The translations under genes were made by a program, and so were the position numbers. The notes beneath the pieces are model-generated. The model did no database searches. It saw only the letters and a program-made list of their open reading frames with translations, and was not told the DNA's origin. Below are positions 1 through 10,010 of a stretch of DNA of 45,226 nucleotides, piece by piece. Numbering within the stretch: position 1 is the stretch's first letter; each line of letters opens with the position of its first letter. The DNA lies in the IMG/VR virus record IMGVR_UViG_3300012953_000054, positions 1 through 45,226 of that record. One strand, 5' to 3'. This DNA is from a virus. Lineage: Duplodnaviria; Caudoviricetes.

Positions 1-378
1 ATTCTAATTGGAATCACTGCTGAATCTATGCACGTACCTCCTGATCTTAACTTTGTTGCAGATCAGATTTTGAATAGCACGTTGTCTACGACTACGGCAG
101 TTAATGGTGGAAATGGCATTACGAATGTCAATGATATCAATGCAGTTCGTACTCAAGGTGTAGTTCCGAAAGGGTACTTTGTCAATCACCGCTTTACTGA
201 TGTAGACGCTTGGTTCCTTCGGACGGATTGCCCGAACGGTGCTAAGATGTTTGATCGTGTACCGCTTCAAACGAAGATGGAACCGGATTTCGATACGGGC
301 AACCTTCGCTTTAAGGCACGTGAACGATTCAGTTTTGGCTGGTCTGACTGGCGTGGCTACTACGGTTCTTCGGGTTAA
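1..378 (+). CDS. Major capsid protein, C-terminal part (Mu gpT-like HK97 family), truncated at window start
   Basis: Frame open from base 1; C-terminus DFDTGNLRFKARERFSFGWSDWRGYYGSSG typical of gpT-like capsids; followed by a terminator. Confidence 0.85.
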   Translation: MLIGITAESMHVPPDLNFVADQILNSTLSTTTAVNGGNGITNVNDINAVRTQGVVPKGYFVNHRFTDVDAWFLRTDCPNGAKMFDRVPLQTKMEPDFDTGNLRFKARERFSFGWSDWRGYYGSSG

Positions 379-404
379 TATCCTTAGAATTGTACACTAA
401 CTAA

Positions 405-452
405 AAGGGGTGAGAGTAAGAGATATTCTTTACTCTTACCCCTTCTTTCTTT
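405..452 (+). terminator. Rho-independent terminator after capsid gene
   Basis: Imperfect inverted repeat AAGGGGTGAGAGTAAG...TTTACTCTTACCCCTT followed by CTTTCTTT. Confidence 0.8.
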
Positions 453-506
453 ATAGCTTATAAGTTATAATGTATTTAGTTTTATTTTATCCTGAAGGAT
501 TATGAT

Positions 507-809
507 ATGCCAACAAATATAAGACAAGCATTTGTATCTGGAGTTGGTAGACCTGTAGATACAGTTAGTAGTGTTACACTAGCTGATACTCGTATTCGAG
601 GAATATATAGTACAGGAATAGGCCAGTTTCTTATTAAAGGAACTGAGACGGATGAAAATAATAATGTAAAAGGAAACATTATTAAGTATGTCCAAACTAC
701 TGCTATTGATGCAAACTATTTAACTTTTGATGAAATTGGTATTAGGATGGTAGGAAAGGTTTCTGTATCTGTTCCTGCTGGTGGTACAGCGGCTATCTTC
801 TATGGCTAG
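507..809 (+). CDS. Hypothetical structural protein (beta-rich, possible capsid decoration)
   Basis: AAGGA RBS; directly after capsid; ends ...AIFYG. Confidence 0.6.
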   Translation: MPTNIRQAFVSGVGRPVDTVSSVTLADTRIRGIYSTGIGQFLIKGTETDENNNVKGNIIKYVQTTAIDANYLTFDEIGIRMVGKVSVSVPAGGTAAIFYG

Positions 810-1500
810 TTATACTTATCTCACCAATGATATAATTCAAGCGTGTGATAATACTGGTACAGAATTTAGCCAGAATATTCCTCGTATGGTTAACCGTGCC
901 GAATTAAAGTTAGTAAAAGACTTAGATGACTATGGTTTAGTTAAGTTTGAAACGGGTAACTTTAGTGCAGGAAATAATTTATTTACCCTTCCTAGTGGTA
1001 CAATCATTATAAAAAATATTCATTATACTAATACAGCAGGTTCTAAGATTAACTTGCTAATGCGTACTGATGAATACATTAATGATTATTGGCCTGTATC
1101 TTCCTCTGTAGGTGAACCACGATACTACGCTCAACGAAACGGTACAACGGTTCTGCTTGCTCCTACACCTAGCGCAGGTTATGCCTCGCATGTAGTATTC
1201 GTAGCAAGACCTTCCGCTCTTGGACCTACAAATGTTTCTGCTGCTACTTCAGCTTTATCTGGAACACTCATAGAAAATAACTACTTTAGTGAATTTTGTT
1301 ATGATGTTTTATTTAATGCATGTATGATAGAAGCTATGTTATTTCAAAAAGATTTTCCTGCAGTACAATTTTATGAGCAACGATATGCTCAAATTCTTCA
1401 ACTCCATCTCAATCAGGTTCGCAGGACTAGGAGAGATGACATGGAAGCACCAGCAAGTCCTGCAGGTGCAGATAATCCTCTTATTCCAAACGCAAACTAA
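802..1500 (+). CDS. Head-tail adaptor-like protein
   Basis: Likely ATG at 802 (MASYTYL); motifs AE..L, G.PRYYA, LAPTP and a helical C-terminus. Confidence 0.65.
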   Translation: MASYTYLTNDIIQACDNTGTEFSQNIPRMVNRAELKLVKDLDDYGLVKFETGNFSAGNNLFTLPSGTIIIKNIHYTNTAGSKINLLMRTDEYINDYWPVSSSVGEPRYYAQRNGTTVLLAPTPSAGYASHVVFVARPSALGPTNVSAATSALSGTLIENNYFSEFCYDVLFNACMIEAMLFQKDFPAVQFYEQRYAQILQLHLNQVRRTRRDDMEAPASPAGADNPLIPNAN

Positions 1501-1512
1501 AGGAGAAATTAA

Positions 1513-1785
1513 ATGAAAAAAAATATTGATAACAGCGGACAAGACTATGTAGCTACGTTTTACCAAGATGGTTTGAAAACTGGCGATCCAGTTAAACGTA
1601 AAGGTGGTGGTAAAGTAGCTAAAAAAAATATGGGCGGTCAAATGAAGCAGGGTTATAATGCTCGTAAAGATGAGCAGCTTGGTATGACAATGGGTAAAGA
1701 AGCAGATAAAAAAATGTCCATGAAAGGTCGTCGTGATGTAGCTAAAGCTACTCGTAAACCTAAAGGCACGTATGGGTTTTCCTAA
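1513..1785 (+). CDS. Small basic protein with xxGG motifs
   Basis: AAGGAG RBS; K/M/G-rich. Confidence 0.65.
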   Translation: MKKNIDNSGQDYVATFYQDGLKTGDPVKRKGGGKVAKKNMGGQMKQGYNARKDEQLGMTMGKEADKKMSMKGRRDVAKATRKPKGTYGFS

Positions 1786-2018
1786 TGGCTATTTCTCGCG
1801 CTAGCCAATCAAAACAAATGACGGGTGGTAAAAAGAAAAAGAAGAAGAAAAAAGAAACACCTAAAGGTTTTAAGGCTGTACAAAAAAGTATAGAGAAAAC
1901 GGGCAAGAGTGAAGATGCTGCTGCTCGTATTGCGTACAGCATAGGTAAGAAAAAATATGGTAAAGCAGGAATGGCTAAGAAAGCTGCTGCTGGACGTAAA
2001 AAATCAAGGAGAGCATAA
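1785..2018 (+). CDS. Small Lys-rich basic protein
   Basis: TAATG coupling; MAISR start, poly-K tract. Confidence 0.6.
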   Translation: MAISRASQSKQMTGGKKKKKKKKETPKGFKAVQKSIEKTGKSEDAAARIAYSIGKKKYGKAGMAKKAAAGRKKSRRA

Positions 2019-2215
2019 TGCCTAACTTTATGGGTAAGTCTTATTCATACGATGCTAAAGGAATGGCAGACTATGATAAAGCAATGAAAGAGTGTACTGG
2101 TAGACCAACAGGTCAAGGGTTTGGTGCAGCACGTAAAGGTCCAGCAGTTGTAGGACCAGAAGAGAATGTTGTAGTTGACTTTGAACCGGGAAAAGAAATT
2201 ACTTATAAGGATTAA
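2018..2215 (+). CDS. Small hypothetical protein
   Basis: AGGAG RBS, TAATG coupling; GQGFGAARKG motif. Confidence 0.6.
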   Translation: MPNFMGKSYSYDAKGMADYDKAMKECTGRPTGQGFGAARKGPAVVGPEENVVVDFEPGKEITYKD

Positions 2216-2220
2216 ACCTG

Positions 2221-2892
2221 ATGGCGACTAGTGGAACATATGACTTCTCTATGGATATAGATGAAGTTATTCAAGAAGCAAGTGAGATGATTGGTGGCGA
2301 ACAAACGCTAGGCAATCAAGCTGCATCTGCTCGTCGTTCTATTAATCTTCTCTTGCAAGATTGGCAGAATAGAGGTATTCTTCTTTGGACTGCTGATACT
2401 ACTGCAGTATCTATCACAGCTAGTGTAACTACATTTGCAATGTCTTCAGCTACTATTGATATTACTGAAGCTGTTCTTAATAGAGATAGTACTGATCTAC
2501 AGTTAGAACGTATTACAATGGAAGAGTATTTAAAAATTCCTAATAAAACACAAACTGGTAGACCAATGCAGTTTGCTGTTCGTAGGAATAGTTCTAATAT
2601 AGTAGTACATCTCTGGCCTTTATCTAATGTTAATACTGATAAAGTTAAACTAGAAAAAATTAGTTACATGCAAGATGTTAATAATTCTAGTCAAACTCCA
2701 GATATATCTCGTAGATTCTTACCTTGTTTAACAGTGGGTTTATCTTATTATATGTCAATGAAACGTCCCGGTGTAGAAGCAGGACGTATTAGTTTTCTTA
2801 AACAAGAATATGAAGAAAGGTTGGCACGTGCTTTGCATGAGGATAGAGAAAGAGCAAGTGCATACTTCTTGCCTAGAATTAGAGTTTACTAA
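2221..2892 (+). CDS. Tail tubular/adaptor protein (gatekeeper-like)
   Basis: MATSGTYDF..ID.VI.EA start, W.NRG..LW, GRP.QF, LWP. Confidence 0.7.
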   Translation: MATSGTYDFSMDIDEVIQEASEMIGGEQTLGNQAASARRSINLLLQDWQNRGILLWTADTTAVSITASVTTFAMSSATIDITEAVLNRDSTDLQLERITMEEYLKIPNKTQTGRPMQFAVRRNSSNIVVHLWPLSNVNTDKVKLEKISYMQDVNNSSQTPDISRRFLPCLTVGLSYYMSMKRPGVEAGRISFLKQEYEERLARALHEDRERASAYFLPRIRVY

Positions 2893-3515
2893 TGGCTAGT
2901 ACTAAAAATGCTTTAGCTATATGTGATACTTGTGGTTTTCAATATCCTCATAGAGTAATGAGATTAAATAGTTATGGCTTGTTAGTATGTCCTACGGATT
3001 TTGAAGGTGGTTTTGATTTAAAGAATGATCCACAAAATAAAGCACCGGATGTACGAGAAGACATAAATATAAGTAACCCTCGTCCTCCCTCAAATAGAGA
3101 TAGGAACATAACATGGGCAAATGCTAACTATGATTGGGATAATGTATTTAAATTTAATTTACCTACTACTGAAACTATAGTAACTCAAACCTTTCCTGTC
3201 TCTACAGATAATACTCAAAGATTAGATATTTCTGTAACTCAAGATTTATTAACTCCTACTCAAATTACAATGAAGCAAGAACATCCTTCTATTAGTACAG
3301 CTTCTGGAACTATAATTCAAAGATTTAATGATCAAGGAGAGAGGTTAGATTTAAATAGTGAACCTATTAAAATAGGAAACATTACAGGTACAGTAGAAGT
3401 AGGAATGGCAGTAAGTATTATAACAGGAACAAGTGCAGTAGGACAACTTCCATTAAGAGTATCATGGCAACCGTCTACATTAAGAAAACACTTTTCTTTC
3501 TGGTCAAATATATAG
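2892..3515 (+). CDS. Zn-ribbon-containing hypothetical morphogenesis protein
   Basis: CDTCGF...GLLVCPTD, PQ, PRP motifs. Confidence 0.6.
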   Translation: MASTKNALAICDTCGFQYPHRVMRLNSYGLLVCPTDFEGGFDLKNDPQNKAPDVREDINISNPRPPSNRDRNITWANANYDWDNVFKFNLPTTETIVTQTFPVSTDNTQRLDISVTQDLLTPTQITMKQEHPSISTASGTIIQRFNDQGERLDLNSEPIKIGNITGTVEVGMAVSIITGTSAVGQLPLRVSWQPSTLRKHFSFWSNI

Positions 3516-3524
3516 GAAAAAACA

Positions 3525-4844
3525 ATGGCAACTGGTGACGATTTTACAGCATATGAGATTATAAATACTTACAAGACATTGCTATATGCGAGCGATGCTG
3601 CTGTCAGTACTATTCCTAATGAAGGTATTACTGGGACATTAAAAACAATTCGTTCTGCTGATGGTTCTTTTACTCCTTTACAATTATCTAGTAGCTTTGT
3701 TAATATTAATGGTGCTTCAACTTTAAAACTTAATGGTACTACACTTACAGCTACTGCTGCTGAATTAAACTCATTAGTTAGTTCTAGTGGTACAGTTCAA
3801 AATATTAGGGTTACATCTACAAGCGGATTAATTGGCACTCAAAACGGTGCAGTTGTCAGTGTGATAGATACGAGTGCAACGCTTATTGTTAATCCTAGTT
3901 TATCTGTTACTAATTTTATTGCTAATACAGGCAGCTTTACTACTAAGGTATCAGGTGTAGCAGCAGAATTTTCTGGTAATGTTTCAGTTAATAATTTATT
4001 TGCTGCTACTAATATCTTTATTGCAGGTACAACCATAGCTTCTAATGCTGATGTAGCAGCAGTAAGTGCAAGAGTAGATGCAGTTAGTGTACTAACTTCG
4101 GTAAACAAAGTAGATATAGCTGCTGTCAGCACCAGAGTAGATGCAGTTAGTGTTTTAACTTCTGTAAATAAAGTTGATATAGCTGCTGTAAGTACAAGAG
4201 TAGATGCAGTTAGTGTTTTAACTTCTGTAAATAAAGCTGCTATAGCTGTTGTTAGCACATCTGTAGTGGCAAACACTGCAGCTATCACCTCTATTAATAC
4301 TGTAGTAACAGGGAACACCACTAATATTACAGCTAACACTGCAGCTATTACATCTGTAAATACATCTGTAGTAGCTAACACTGCAGCAATAACTTCCATC
4401 AATGCAGCTATTACATCTATTAATGCTGGTTCATTTAATACTCTTACTGTAGCTACTTCAGCTTCTATTGGAGGGACTGTAGCTATTGGTACTAGTGCAA
4501 TTAAAAAACTTACAGTTAATGGACCGGGATTATCCGTCATTGTTACTCTTACGGATGCAGCTAGTGTAACATCTGACTTTGATACTGCACAAAACTTTTC
4601 ATTAACTTTAGCAGGAAATAGAACTTTGTCTGCACCAAGTAATGTTGATCCGGGTCAGGTAGGTTCTATTTTTATTATTCAAGATGGAACAGGAAGTAGA
4701 ACATTAGCATATAATACAATATGGAAATTTGCAGGAGGTACTGCACCTACTCTTTCTACAGCCGCAGCAGCTATTGACAGATTAGATTATATAGTTCAAA
4801 CTTCAACTGCGATTGAAGCACTTCTTACAAAGGCATATGCATAA
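3525..4844 (+). CDS. Tail fibre/spike protein with coiled-coil repeats
   Basis: A/T/S/V-rich heptad repeats; C-terminal QDGTGSRTLA..WKFAGGTAPTLST domain. Confidence 0.75.
   Translation: MATGDDFTAYEIINTYKTLLYASDAAVSTIPNEGITGTLKTIRSADGSFTPLQLSSSFVNINGASTLKLNGTTLTATAAELNSLVSSSGTVQNIRVTSTSGLIGTQNGAVVSVIDTSATLIVNPSLSVTNFIANTGSFTTKVSGVAAEFSGNVSVNNLFAATNIFIAGTTIASNADVAAVSARVDAVSVLTSVNKVDIAAVSTRVDAVSVLTSVNKVDIAAVSTRVDAVSVLTSVNKAAIAVVSTSVVANTAAITSINTVVTGNTTNITANTAAITSVNTSVVANTAAITSINAAITSINAGSFNTLTVATSASIGGTVAIGTSAIKKLTVNGPGLSVIVTLTDAASVTSDFDTAQNFSLTLAGNRTLSAPSNVDPGQVGSIFIIQDGTGSRTLAYNTIWKFAGGTAPTLSTAAAAIDRLDYIVQTSTAIEALLTKAYA
4050..4238 (+). repeat. 3 x 63-bp coding tandem repeat (21 aa)
   Basis: Units begin at 4050, 4113, 4176; D[VI]AAVS[AT]RVDAVSVLTSVNK. 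Confidence 0.95.
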
Positions 4845-7800
4845 TGGTATTTAGTAACAATCTTCTTTTAGGTGCAGGTGGACAGAGTACAGGTCCAGAC
4901 CCTTTTGATCCTACTTTAATTGGTAATTCCATCTGGATAGACGGTACAGCGGATTATTTAAGCAGGACACCTAGTGCAGGTACAACAACTCGTTGGATAG
5001 TTTCTTTTTGGGTGGAACGAAATACAGTTAATACTGGAGCAGCACAAACAATTTTTAGTGCTGGAACTGCTACTGGAAATTTAACTTGGATTAGATTTGA
5101 TGCTTCAGACAATCTCGACTTTGCAGTTTATCAAGGTAGTGTAACTGCAAGAAAAACAAGCACTGCTAAGTACAGAGATATAGGGTGGTATCATGTTTGT
5201 GTTAGTTTTGATTCAGGCAGTGGAATTCCTGACATTGATCGAATTAGATTGTTTGTAAATGGCATCGAAGTCGCAGAATTGTCTTCAAGTACAGCTACAC
5301 CTAGTGGAGAAACAACTGCTTTTAATGCAAATGTTGTACATGAAATTGGTAGATATTCTTTTAATGGAGGTGAAGACTCTAATGTCTATCTAACACAATT
5401 TACTATGCTTGAAAATAAATCTTTTCAGAATGGTGATTTGAGCATTACTGACCTGCTTGATAGTTTTACATTTGGTACTAATGGTTCTGAGTTTGCTCCT
5501 AAAGCAGATGCTGATATAGCAGCTTTAGCTAGTTCAGCAGGAGGTAATAGTTTCTGTCTTGACTTTTCTAACTCTGGTTCTCTAGGATTAGATAGTAGTA
5601 CTTTGGGTAATAATTTTACACCTACTAGTATGGATAGTACTAATCAGTCAACTAATACACCTAGCTTAGTGTATCCTAAAATTTCAAACATTGGCACTCC
5701 TAGTGGAGATGCAGCCGCTAATTATACAATGGGTTTGGGTAGTAACCGTATGGTGTATAGTGGCGGCAATCAAGCAGCACTAGGACTGATAAGTCCAACT
5801 TTGATACAATCAGATGATCCTAAAATATACTGGGAGTTTTATATTGAGGGAGGGTCTGTCGGTGGAGCAAGTGGTGGACGATTAGGAAATGGAATAGCTG
5901 TTCCACAGTTTAATAACGGTACTGGAAATGGCTTATATGGTGCTGGAGGAGAATCAGCATTTTTCTACAGAGGTACAATGTACGATAACAGTGCTACTTC
6001 TGTTGCTGGATTTACTACAGCACCAGTTGGTGGAATACAACAAATGGCCTTTGAACCATCCACAGGAAAAGTGTGGATTGGAGTTGACGGCACATGGCGT
6101 AATGGTGCTGGCACATCTGGAACAACTTTAGATGAAAGTAATCCTGATGATCAACTTACAGTACAAGATTATGTTTTTACTATGGGTGCAGCTAGATCAT
6201 CTGACATAGGTGTAATGAATTTTGGTGACAACCCTACTATGTCTGGCAACATAACTGCTGGCGGTAATGCTGATGGAAATGGTCATGGCAACTTTAAGTA
6301 TGCTGTACCATCTGGGTTTTTAGCACCTAACTCTGATAACCTAACAACACCAACCTATCAAGGAATAGATAGCTTTTCTCCTATACTCTATCGAGGCAAT
6401 GGACGAAATCAAAGAGTAGGTGACTTTGTACCAGTTGAAGATGTCTTTAATGTAGCCTTCTCTGCTATGTTTGATGATGATGATGAAAGATTTCTATTAA
6501 GAACGTATTCAGCCAGCGATGCAGCAAGATCAAGTAACTCTCAAGCTACAATTAGTTTTTGGATTAAAACTTGTTTTGCATCCACTGATCAAGATCAAGA
6601 AATTTTATCTTGTTCTAACAGTTCTCAATCTGAAAGATTTAGACTTTATATAAATGATCAATCTGGTCAACAAGATATTTATATGACTCTTGATCATCCA
6701 TCTAATCCTAATAGAGACTTCAGAATACCTATAAGTTATTTGTCAGAATCAGAATGGGTAATTAGTGTTAATAATAGTGATGTTGAGAATGGTACAGCAG
6801 CAGATAAAATAAAGGCATGGGTTAATGGTGTACAGGTAACTAGTACAGTTACAACTTATCAAAGTGCAAGCAACGCAGATTATTTTCTCTTTACGAATGA
6901 AGAACATATGATAGGTAACTTAGCACCTTTAGCAGCAGGATACGCTGACAGTTTCCCATTAAATTCTTACCTCTCAGAATTTAATGTACTAGATGGGCAG
7001 TTAAAAGCACCTACTGATTTTGGTCAAGTAGATACAGCTACTAATAGATGGATACCAAAAGATTATAAAACAAATGTAGGTGCATATGGAAACAGAGGTT
7101 TCTATATGGCATTTGCAAGTCCTACTGGTACTGGTAATGGTGTAGGAACAGATACTTCTGGCAATGGATTTAATTTTGCAGAAAAATATGGTGAGAATGG
7201 TTCTGGTTCTAGTTCTGGGTCAGCACCGTGGTCAACGTCAGATCAGTTTATAGACACACCTACTAAAAACTTTGCTGTTCTTGATCCTACTTATGCACTT
7301 ACTGGTACAACTTATTCAGAAGGCAATCTTGTTTTAACTGCATCAAGTGTAGGGTCACTATCTCCTAAAGTACCTTATTCTTTATCATTTGCTAAAAAGA
7401 GTGGTAAGTGGTGGGCAGAATTTGATACTACCTTTGGTGCTGGCACTGCCATAACATACTACGGCATTGTACCTACTCAATATATAAGAGATGGTAGTTT
7501 TAAAGCTGCTCTTTCAAATGCTAGTCTAGCCTATGGTGATAACTTAAAAGGTCTTATCAGAGCATATTTAGTAGGTAGCACTTATGGAAATAAAGTTTTT
7601 AATATAACTATAGGCACTGGCAGCGGTACAACAGCTTTTACTTCTGGAGGTATTATAAATAACACAGCAGGAGGGTACACAGACCTTGTTCCTTACGGCA
7701 TAGCTTTGGACTTGGATAATAAAAAGGTATGGATAGGTAATCCTACCCTTAGTGCAACTACATGGAACAATGAAACAAGTGTAAGTCCTGCTGCTAATAC

Positions 7801-8959
7801 AGGGGGATTTCATTTAGAATTTGATGAATATAGCATGTTTGTTTCTAATAATGAGGGTACTTCTTTTGTAAACTTTGGTCAGTATGTTGGTCCTTGGAAT
7901 GGTAACTCTGTAACAGATCACACCAGTACAGCGGGTGGTAACTTTACTTTGGCACCTCCTACAGACTTTAAAGCTATTAACCAAGACAACCTAGACGATA
8001 CAGTATCTAAGATTACAGCTTGGTCATGGATCAAGAATAGAGATGCCACTGACAACCACATGCTTTTTGATAAAGTCAGAGGTGTAGGTAATGATCTACA
8101 TTCTAATGATACAGCAGTAGAAGTATTTAATGCTAATACAGTTCAAAGATTTCTTCAAAGAGGTGTGCAAGTTGGTAGTGATGTAGAGGTAAACACTGCC
8201 AATGAGTCATATGTTTTATGGCAGTGGGCAAACGATGGTACAAGAACAGCAAACACTGATGGTGCAAAAAATATTTTTGAAACAGTGAGTACTCCGGGTC
8301 ATTTTGCAATCTTCGATTGGGATGGAAATAGTACGGCTGGTGCCTTCCAACATAATATGGGAGGGGCAATTGAAATGATCATAGTCAAACGCCGAAATGT
8401 TTCAGCTTGGAACTGGTATGTTTGGCATAAAGCTATTCCAGCTACAAAAGCATACTTACTAGATACAAATGATTCTGGACATACAAGCACTTATTGGAAT
8501 GATATAGCAGTGCCGAGTGGTACTCCGAATGAGTTTACTCTGGGTGCTACTGAAGGTATTAATAAAACTGGTGATGAAATTATCAGCTATGCCTTTAGAT
8601 CAGTTCCGGGTGTGTGCAAGGTAGGAAGTTATATAGGAAATGGTAATAACGATGGTCCTTATATTTCAGTAGGATTTTTGCCCAAATACATTTTAGTTAG
8701 AAGTACATCGGGAACTAGAAATTGGAACATTTTAGATACAGTTAGAAATCCAATTAATATTGCTAGTCCTTCTGTACTTTTAGCAAATACAACTGCTGTT
8801 GATACGGCTGGACAAGTAGGAGCATTTGATATTTTATCTGATGGATTTAAACCTAGAGATACTGCGTCAAATACTAATGGTAGCGGTGAGACATATCTTT
8901 ACATGGCAATGGCCGACATAGGAGGAAACGGTACACTTCCTCCTGTATATGGAAGGTAA
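4844..8959 (+). CDS. Large tail fibre/receptor-binding protein with LamG- and SPRY-like domains
   Basis: SFWV/SFWI, GWYHV, R.FVNG (LamG); KIYWEF, SGKWWAEF, ALDLDNKKVWIG, NFGQ (SPRY); C-terminal WIKNR/GSYIGNG/YLYMA repeats. Confidence 0.8.
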   Translation: MVFSNNLLLGAGGQSTGPDPFDPTLIGNSIWIDGTADYLSRTPSAGTTTRWIVSFWVERNTVNTGAAQTIFSAGTATGNLTWIRFDASDNLDFAVYQGSVTARKTSTAKYRDIGWYHVCVSFDSGSGIPDIDRIRLFVNGIEVAELSSSTATPSGETTAFNANVVHEIGRYSFNGGEDSNVYLTQFTMLENKSFQNGDLSITDLLDSFTFGTNGSEFAPKADADIAALASSAGGNSFCLDFSNSGSLGLDSSTLGNNFTPTSMDSTNQSTNTPSLVYPKISNIGTPSGDAAANYTMGLGSNRMVYSGGNQAALGLISPTLIQSDDPKIYWEFYIEGGSVGGASGGRLGNGIAVPQFNNGTGNGLYGAGGESAFFYRGTMYDNSATSVAGFTTAPVGGIQQMAFEPSTGKVWIGVDGTWRNGAGTSGTTLDESNPDDQLTVQDYVFTMGAARSSDIGVMNFGDNPTMSGNITAGGNADGNGHGNFKYAVPSGFLAPNSDNLTTPTYQGIDSFSPILYRGNGRNQRVGDFVPVEDVFNVAFSAMFDDDDERFLLRTYSASDAARSSNSQATISFWIKTCFASTDQDQEILSCSNSSQSERFRLYINDQSGQQDIYMTLDHPSNPNRDFRIPISYLSESEWVISVNNSDVENGTAADKIKAWVNGVQVTSTVTTYQSASNADYFLFTNEEHMIGNLAPLAAGYADSFPLNSYLSEFNVLDGQLKAPTDFGQVDTATNRWIPKDYKTNVGAYGNRGFYMAFASPTGTGNGVGTDTSGNGFNFAEKYGENGSGSSSGSAPWSTSDQFIDTPTKNFAVLDPTYALTGTTYSEGNLVLTASSVGSLSPKVPYSLSFAKKSGKWWAEFDTTFGAGTAITYYGIVPTQYIRDGSFKAALSNASLAYGDNLKGLIRAYLVGSTYGNKVFNITIGTGSGTTAFTSGGIINNTAGGYTDLVPYGIALDLDNKKVWIGNPTLSATTWNNETSVSPAANTGGFHLEFDEYSMFVSNNEGTSFVNFGQYVGPWNGNSVTDHTSTAGGNFTLAPPTDFKAINQDNLDDTVSKITAWSWIKNRDATDNHMLFDKVRGVGNDLHSNDTAVEVFNANTVQRFLQRGVQVGSDVEVNTANESYVLWQWANDGTRTANTDGAKNIFETVSTPGHFAIFDWDGNSTAGAFQHNMGGAIEMIIVKRRNVSAWNWYVWHKAIPATKAYLLDTNDSGHTSTYWNDIAVPSGTPNEFTLGATEGINKTGDEIISYAFRSVPGVCKVGSYIGNGNNDGPYISVGFLPKYILVRSTSGTRNWNILDTVRNPINIASPSVLLANTTAVDTAGQVGAFDILSDGFKPRDTASNTNGSGETYLYMAMADIGGNGTLPPVYGR

Positions 8960-8962
8960 ATT

Positions 8963-9058
8963 ATGTTTAAAAAATTATTTAGTAGAAAGAAAAAAGCACA
9001 TGAACTTAACAACTATAGACGGTCACAAAACATTCGTTATCAAGACGTTTGTATGTAA
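8963..9058 (+). CDS. 31-aa microprotein (not in ORF track)
   Basis: MFKKLFSRKKKAHELNNYRRSQNIRYQDVCM; AAGG RBS; fills the gap between two genes. Confidence 0.5.
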   Translation: MFKKLFSRKKKAHELNNYRRSQNIRYQDVCM

Positions 9059-9074
9059 GAAAGGAAAGTAGACT

Positions 9075-9629
9075 ATGTGGGCAAGAATTATGGGTAGTCA
9101 GTTGGTAGAGATTATTAACACACCTAAAGCCATGACTATTAATAATATTCAATATCCTAAATCAATCTTTACCAGAGCATGGACAGATGAAGAGAGGAAA
9201 GCACTCAGTATTGTACCTTATGTATATGAAGGTAGTAGTATAGAGAATATGTTCTATACTTCTTCAGAGTCTTCTCCTGTGGTAAAGGCAGACAAGGTTG
9301 TTGTCACCAGATCACAAACTGCTAGAGATATTGATGCTATCAAGAATACAATGAAGAAGCATGTGTCTTCTGTTCTTAAAAGTACTTTGGAACAGACTGA
9401 TTGGATTGTGATCAGAGAACAAGACAATGGAACTGCCAAGCCAGCAGACCTTGCAAAGTGGCGTACAGACCTAAGAGCAAAAGCTGCTGCTCTTGAGACT
9501 GCCATAGATGCAAAGTCAGACGTTGCAGGTCTTGAAGCTATGACAGTCTTTACAAAAGAAATGGAAGATGCAGGTAAGAAAGCTTCAGAGTTTGATGAGT
9601 GGCCTTCTAATCCTAGAGAAAGTAAATAA
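9075..9629 (+). CDS. Tail fibre assembly chaperone-like protein
   Basis: L..TDW..IR and W.R..LR motifs, terminal WP; follows tail fibre. Confidence 0.7.
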   Translation: MWARIMGSQLVEIINTPKAMTINNIQYPKSIFTRAWTDEERKALSIVPYVYEGSSIENMFYTSSESSPVVKADKVVVTRSQTARDIDAIKNTMKKHVSSVLKSTLEQTDWIVIREQDNGTAKPADLAKWRTDLRAKAAALETAIDAKSDVAGLEAMTVFTKEMEDAGKKASEFDEWPSNPRESK

Positions 9630-9633
9630 TCAA

Positions 9634-10008
9634 ATGCTTGCCAAACTATTTTTTATTGCCTGTTTTACAATACTACCCACTTGTATATCAGCACAAGAAG
9701 TATGGAGTAAGGGAGATAAGGTAGCTGCTTTCTTTCTCTGTAAAGAAGAAGAAGATATTGTGGACCTAGCACTAGCAGATTCTAAAAGTAGAGAAGAATA
9801 TGTTAGTGAAATTATGAGAAAGAGACTATCTAAAGATTGTATTAGATTTACAGGATCACCTAAGTTATTTATAGTTGATAAAGTAATTACAAGCTACATA
9901 GACCATAAGAATATGGAAGTTTGTATAATGAGAATAACTACACCTGATAGGATATTGGCGGGTTACATAGTAGCCGCAGGGACACCTAAAAATAATAAAG
10001 GAATTTAA
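9634..10008 (+). CDS. Putative exported protein
   Basis: Probable ATG at 9634 gives signal peptide MLAKLFFIACFTILPTCISA; three further Cys. Confidence 0.55.
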   Translation: MLAKLFFIACFTILPTCISAQEVWSKGDKVAAFFLCKEEEDIVDLALADSKSREEYVSEIMRKRLSKDCIRFTGSPKLFIVDKVITSYIDHKNMEVCIMRITTPDRILAGYIVAAGTPKNNKGI

Positions 10009-10010
10009 TA

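Noticed and set aside
440-471. Promoter at TATAAT (466-471) after the capsid terminator
   Set aside because: Perfect -10 but no convincing -35, in very AT-rich sequence
4050-4238. Possible CRISPR array or DGR repeat
   Set aside because: In-frame tandem coding repeats without spacers; no reverse transcriptase or adenine-specific variation
3839-4540. 233-aa antisense ORF, and other opposite-strand or nested ORFs in the track (e.g. 4-270, 13623-13949, 19011-19472, 42263-42742)
   Set aside because: Shadows of well-supported genes caused by codon bias; no RBS or motifs
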